Positions 61,053-64,000 of a stretch of 64,000 nt of DNA are shown here, one piece after another. How positions within the stretch are numbered: the stretch's first letter is position 1; every line of letters starts with the position of its first letter. Origin of the DNA: a virus. Under the pieces are notes generated by a model. That model worked only from the letters and a program-made list of their open reading frames with translations, had not been told where the DNA came from and ran no database searches. The DNA lies in the UHGV virus genome UHGV-0096064; one strand, 5' to 3'. Position numbers and translations under genes: made by a program.

Positions 61053-62741
61053 ATGGATGCCATGAACGATTTGTTGGTTGTGCCTGATACTGGCGTCATC
61101 ATCGACAAGGCTCACAACAACTACATCCTGAACATCACCGACCCTGCCATCACAGCGCAGATTAAGGAGGCTGTTCCGTTTGTAATGACGCGAGCTTACG
61201 ACAAGGGGGAACTCGTCCTTCTCCCTGTCCATGATGACACGCTCCGGTTGCTCCGTAACATGAAGCTCCCCACGGCGGGGATGGAGCCGCTCCGGTGGCA
61301 GTACCATGCCCCGTTGATTGAGGGTGAGTTTAAAGCTATGGTGCATCAGGTCACATCGGCTGCGTTCATGGCATCCCATAATCGGTGCTTCAATACCAGT
61401 ACCATGCGAACAGGCAAGACTGGCAGCGTTATAATGTGTACCGATTATCTCCAGTCGGTAAAGGGAGTTACTGGAGCTGTCCTTATCGTGGCTACAGTTT
61501 CTAACTTGACAGGCGTGTGGAAGCGGACTATAGATAAGACACTGCCGAATAGAATAGCGGTAGTGGTTCATGGTGGTACAGGCAAGGCCGACCGTGTTCG
61601 TCGGCTTAATACTCCGGCTGATTATTATATCATTAACTACGATGGGGTTAAGATTGCTCATGATGAAATTAAGGCGATGGTACTTGACGGACGCATCAAC
61701 ATTGTTGTAGTGGATGAATTAACCCATTACGGCAACCCCGACTCCGGCAGGTTTATCGCTATGAACGACATCGTGAACAAAGGCCCCCGCACCCCGGACT
61801 ATGTCTACGGACTCACCGGGTCTCCGGGAAAGAACCCCATCCCCATCTTCGGGTTCGTCAAGCTCATCAACCCGGAGAAGCTCCCGTGCAAGCGGCTCAG
61901 TGTGTGGCAAGACTACACACAGTACCGCTTCGGTCGGGAGACGTGGCAGTGGAGGAACCGCCCCGGCTGCGACAAGATTATCTTCGAGACCATGCAGCCC
62001 AACATCCGGTTCGACAAGGCCGACATCATGGACTTGCCCCCGGTCGTCCGTCAGACGCGGGACTGCGACCTGTCGAAAGAACAGAAGGTCGCCTACAAGA
62101 AGATGCGGGAAGACATGATGGCTCTGACCCAAGACGGGACGGTCATCGAAGCCGTCCACAAGGCGAGCCTCACCCACAAGCTGTTCCAGATTGCGCTCGG
62201 TACGGCGATTGGCGCGGACAAGAAGGCCCTCATCCAGTTGGACAACGGCCCCCGGATTGCCACCATCGTCGAGGTCATCAAGGAAGCGGCTGCCAAGGTC
62301 GTCATCTTCTGCACCTACACCGGAGTCATCGACAGGCTGGCGAAACAGCTCAAGGACAAGGGCTATACGGTCGGCGTCGTGGATGGGCGCGTCACCGGGA
62401 AGAAGCGGGACACCCTGTTCCACGACTTCCAGAACAGGAAAGACCCCCACATCCTGATTGTCCACCCCCAGACGGTGGCGTTCGGTGTGGAGCTGGCGGC
62501 GGCGGACACCATGATATTCAACGGCCCGCCCCTGTCCGGGGACTTCATATACGAGCAGGCGCTTGAACGGCTGTCGAGCCTGAAACAGAAGGCGAGGCAA
62601 ATATCCATCATCCAGATAGTTGCAACGGAAGAAGAACGGAACTTCTTTTCGGGTCTGGATATGGGGGTCAAGTCGAGCAAGCTGGTCAACGACCTCTTCG
62701 CCGAGGTCACGAAGGCAGGAAACAAGGGAGGTTCCCAATGA
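61053..62741 (+). CDS. SNF2-family (SF2) helicase
   Basis: Motif I MRTGKTGS, motif II VVDELTHY (DExH). C-terminal helicase domain with HPQTVAFGVELAAADTMIFNGP. Confidence 0.8.
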   Translation: MDAMNDLLVVPDTGVIIDKAHNNYILNITDPAITAQIKEAVPFVMTRAYDKGELVLLPVHDDTLRLLRNMKLPTAGMEPLRWQYHAPLIEGEFKAMVHQVTSAAFMASHNRCFNTSTMRTGKTGSVIMCTDYLQSVKGVTGAVLIVATVSNLTGVWKRTIDKTLPNRIAVVVHGGTGKADRVRRLNTPADYYIINYDGVKIAHDEIKAMVLDGRINIVVVDELTHYGNPDSGRFIAMNDIVNKGPRTPDYVYGLTGSPGKNPIPIFGFVKLINPEKLPCKRLSVWQDYTQYRFGRETWQWRNRPGCDKIIFETMQPNIRFDKADIMDLPPVVRQTRDCDLSKEQKVAYKKMREDMMALTQDGTVIEAVHKASLTHKLFQIALGTAIGADKKALIQLDNGPRIATIVEVIKEAAAKVVIFCTYTGVIDRLAKQLKDKGYTVGVVDGRVTGKKRDTLFHDFQNRKDPHILIVHPQTVAFGVELAAADTMIFNGPPLSGDFIYEQALERLSSLKQKARQISIIQIVATEEERNFFSGLDMGVKSSKLVNDLFAEVTKAGNKGGSQ

Positions 62742-63199
62742 CGTTCGACATTACCGAGGCCGTCGAGAAGTGGCGCGAATACCGCAAGTCCCGGCTCGAA
62801 CTGGAAGACCTCGCCAAGAAGATCAAGAATGGCCCCGAAGCGCAGATGCGTGCCGCCATCCTCATGTACCTTGACTCGCAGGGCATGAATGGGTCAAAGA
62901 CAGCGGCTGGCACCGTGTCGAAGACGAGCAAGGATCACCTTGAAGTGGTCGACACCGAGGCCTTGCTCCGCTTCATGCTCTCCAATATGATAACCGCGCT
63001 CAAGGAAGGACGCCCGCTGGCGGATGCCCTCATCCTCCAGAAGACGCCCCTCAAGAGCGGCATCACGGAACTGGTTCGCCAACGTCTCGACGTGGATGGG
63101 GGCACTCCCCTGACCGACGAACAGTTCAACGGTATCGCGGCGCAGTTCGGAATCAAGCGCGTTTCCGAACCGGACATCAGTTTCTCAAAGAACTCTTAA
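62738..63199 (+). CDS. hypothetical protein
   Basis: 153-aa ORF overlapping the helicase stop. Confidence 0.4.
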   Translation: MTFDITEAVEKWREYRKSRLELEDLAKKIKNGPEAQMRAAILMYLDSQGMNGSKTAAGTVSKTSKDHLEVVDTEALLRFMLSNMITALKEGRPLADALILQKTPLKSGITELVRQRLDVDGGTPLTDEQFNGIAAQFGIKRVSEPDISFSKNS

Positions 63200-63212
63200 A
63201 GGAGAATGAGTT

Positions 63213-64000
63213 ATGACTCAGGACAACAACACCCCGGCTGTCATCCCTTCCGCCATGCAGAACCTCATCATGTCCCCGCCTGCTGAACTCATGGGGATGC
63301 TTGCCTCGAACTTCGACGGGGCCTATGCCGACTTCGGCGGCGTGTTCCGCTCCATCTCGTTTAAGGGGTTCCAGTTCACGTTGAAGGAATCCGGTTCGTC
63401 CACCGTTCATCCTCTGCAATACCTGCCCATCGTCATCCTCGGCATGGCCCACGACAACCACTGCGTGTGGTACGGCAAGGCTTACGGTTCCGCGACCGAA
63501 GGCGAACGTCCTGACGCCGTGTGGTGGGAGAAGCAGGGCGCTCCGGCGAACGTCCCCGCTTCCGCTCTCGTGAAGGATGCCAATGGCCGCAACCAGTATC
63601 AGATTCAGCGCCGCCTTGCCGTGGCTCTGCTTCGCCAGAACCACAATGACGGCTCCATGTTCATCGACCTTGAGAATCCCTTCGTCATGGACATCGGTGC
63701 CATGTCCATCTTCGGTGCCGACATGCCGAACCAGTGGGCTTTCTCCCTCGCCGGACTCATCCGCTTCTGCTCCCGCAGCCGCGTGATGCCGCTCCATTTC
63801 GTCACCAATGTGATTTTCGACCGGAGCCAGTCCGTGCCTTCCGTCCGCTTCGTCCCGGCGAACCAGAATGGTCAGCTCGTGTTCCTTGACTCTTTCTCAC
63901 TTGAACAGGTATACCGGGTTGCGGCGTCCACGGAAATCCGCGACCTGCTGAATGTCCGTGTGACCTCGACCCAGAACCCGGCGGGCAACCCGCAGTCTCA
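63213..64000 (+). CDS. hypothetical protein, 3'-truncated at window end
   Basis: ATG preceded by AAAGGAGA. Open to the end of the window (>262 codons). Not in the ORF track because no stop is present. The antisense track ORF 63177..63797 is judged spurious. Confidence 0.5.
   Translation, partial: MTQDNNTPAVIPSAMQNLIMSPPAELMGMLASNFDGAYADFGGVFRSISFKGFQFTLKESGSSTVHPLQYLPIVILGMAHDNHCVWYGKAYGSATEGERPDAVWWEKQGAPANVPASALVKDANGRNQYQIQRRLAVALLRQNHNDGSMFIDLENPFVMDIGAMSIFGADMPNQWAFSLAGLIRFCSRSRVMPLHFVTNVIFDRSQSVPSVRFVPANQNGQLVFLDSFSLEQVYRVAASTEIRDLLNVRVTSTQNPAGNPQS

Noticed and set aside
63177-63797. 206-aa minus-strand ORF at the window end
   Set aside because: Antisense to a plus-strand gene (63213 onward) that has a strong SD and continues the plus-strand early operon. 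Gly/Arg/His-rich low complexity.

Overview
This 64-kb window appears to be a contiguous stretch of a high-GC (about 60% by eye) tailed-phage genome. No integrase or repressor is visible in the window. It has three parts.

1. Replication gene at the window start (plus strand). Bases 1-3278 carry the C-terminal end of an unknown gene and a large primase-helicase (archaeo-eukaryotic primase fold, motif SGHGLHLYW, plus a P4-type superfamily-3 helicase Walker A).

2. Structural, lysis and accessory block (minus strand, 3388-44708). Read in the direction of transcription it contains: three paralogous LRR (BspA-like) surface-protein genes; a lysis cassette (putative endolysin, class-4_1-like holin, overlapping i-/o-spanin pair); a 1471-aa tail fiber with internal tandem repeats; small and large terminase; portal; several small head genes; scaffold; a candidate major capsid; tail proteins; a tandem paralog pair; a lambda-R-like (GH104) lytic-transglycosylase virion protein; and a 2516-aa giant ORF with an internal HExxH motif.

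3. Early/replication block (plus strand, 46544-64000). A ~1.35-kb repeat-dense non-coding region (45180-46543) separates the two blocks. It holds about 24 copies of the palindrome TTACAnTGTAA, a larger 12-bp inverted repeat, a TTGATAAT-GG-ATTATCAA palindrome, a TTGCAA-motif cluster and a ~60-bp AT-rich stretch. I read this as an origin or regulatory hub. Downstream, on the plus strand, come six tandem small paralogous genes, two strongly acidic small proteins (candidate DNA mimics), an RNA polymerase alpha-CTD-like protein, a Nudix hydrolase, a Ros/MucR zinc-finger regulator, an HTH protein, a family-A DNA polymerase with 3'-5' exonuclease, a Cas4-like Fe-S PD-(D/E)XK nuclease, a VRR-NUC nuclease, a DEDDh exonuclease and an SNF2 helicase.

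The observations most worth a second look are:
- the origin-proximal array of small paralogs plus acidic proteins, a candidate anti-defence island;
- the compositionally distinct LRR cluster, where one gene is broken by an in-frame TAG and a homopolymer frameshift and every gene has a dinucleotide microsatellite just upstream;
- a candidate ~200-nt small RNA with a consensus sigma70-like promoter and an intrinsic terminator;
- a recurrent ATCCAGTYCA intergenic motif.

Spanins imply a Gram-negative host. The Ros/MucR homologue hints weakly at Alphaproteobacteria. Gene starts are approximate: several were refined by eye to SD-preceded ATG or GTG codons.
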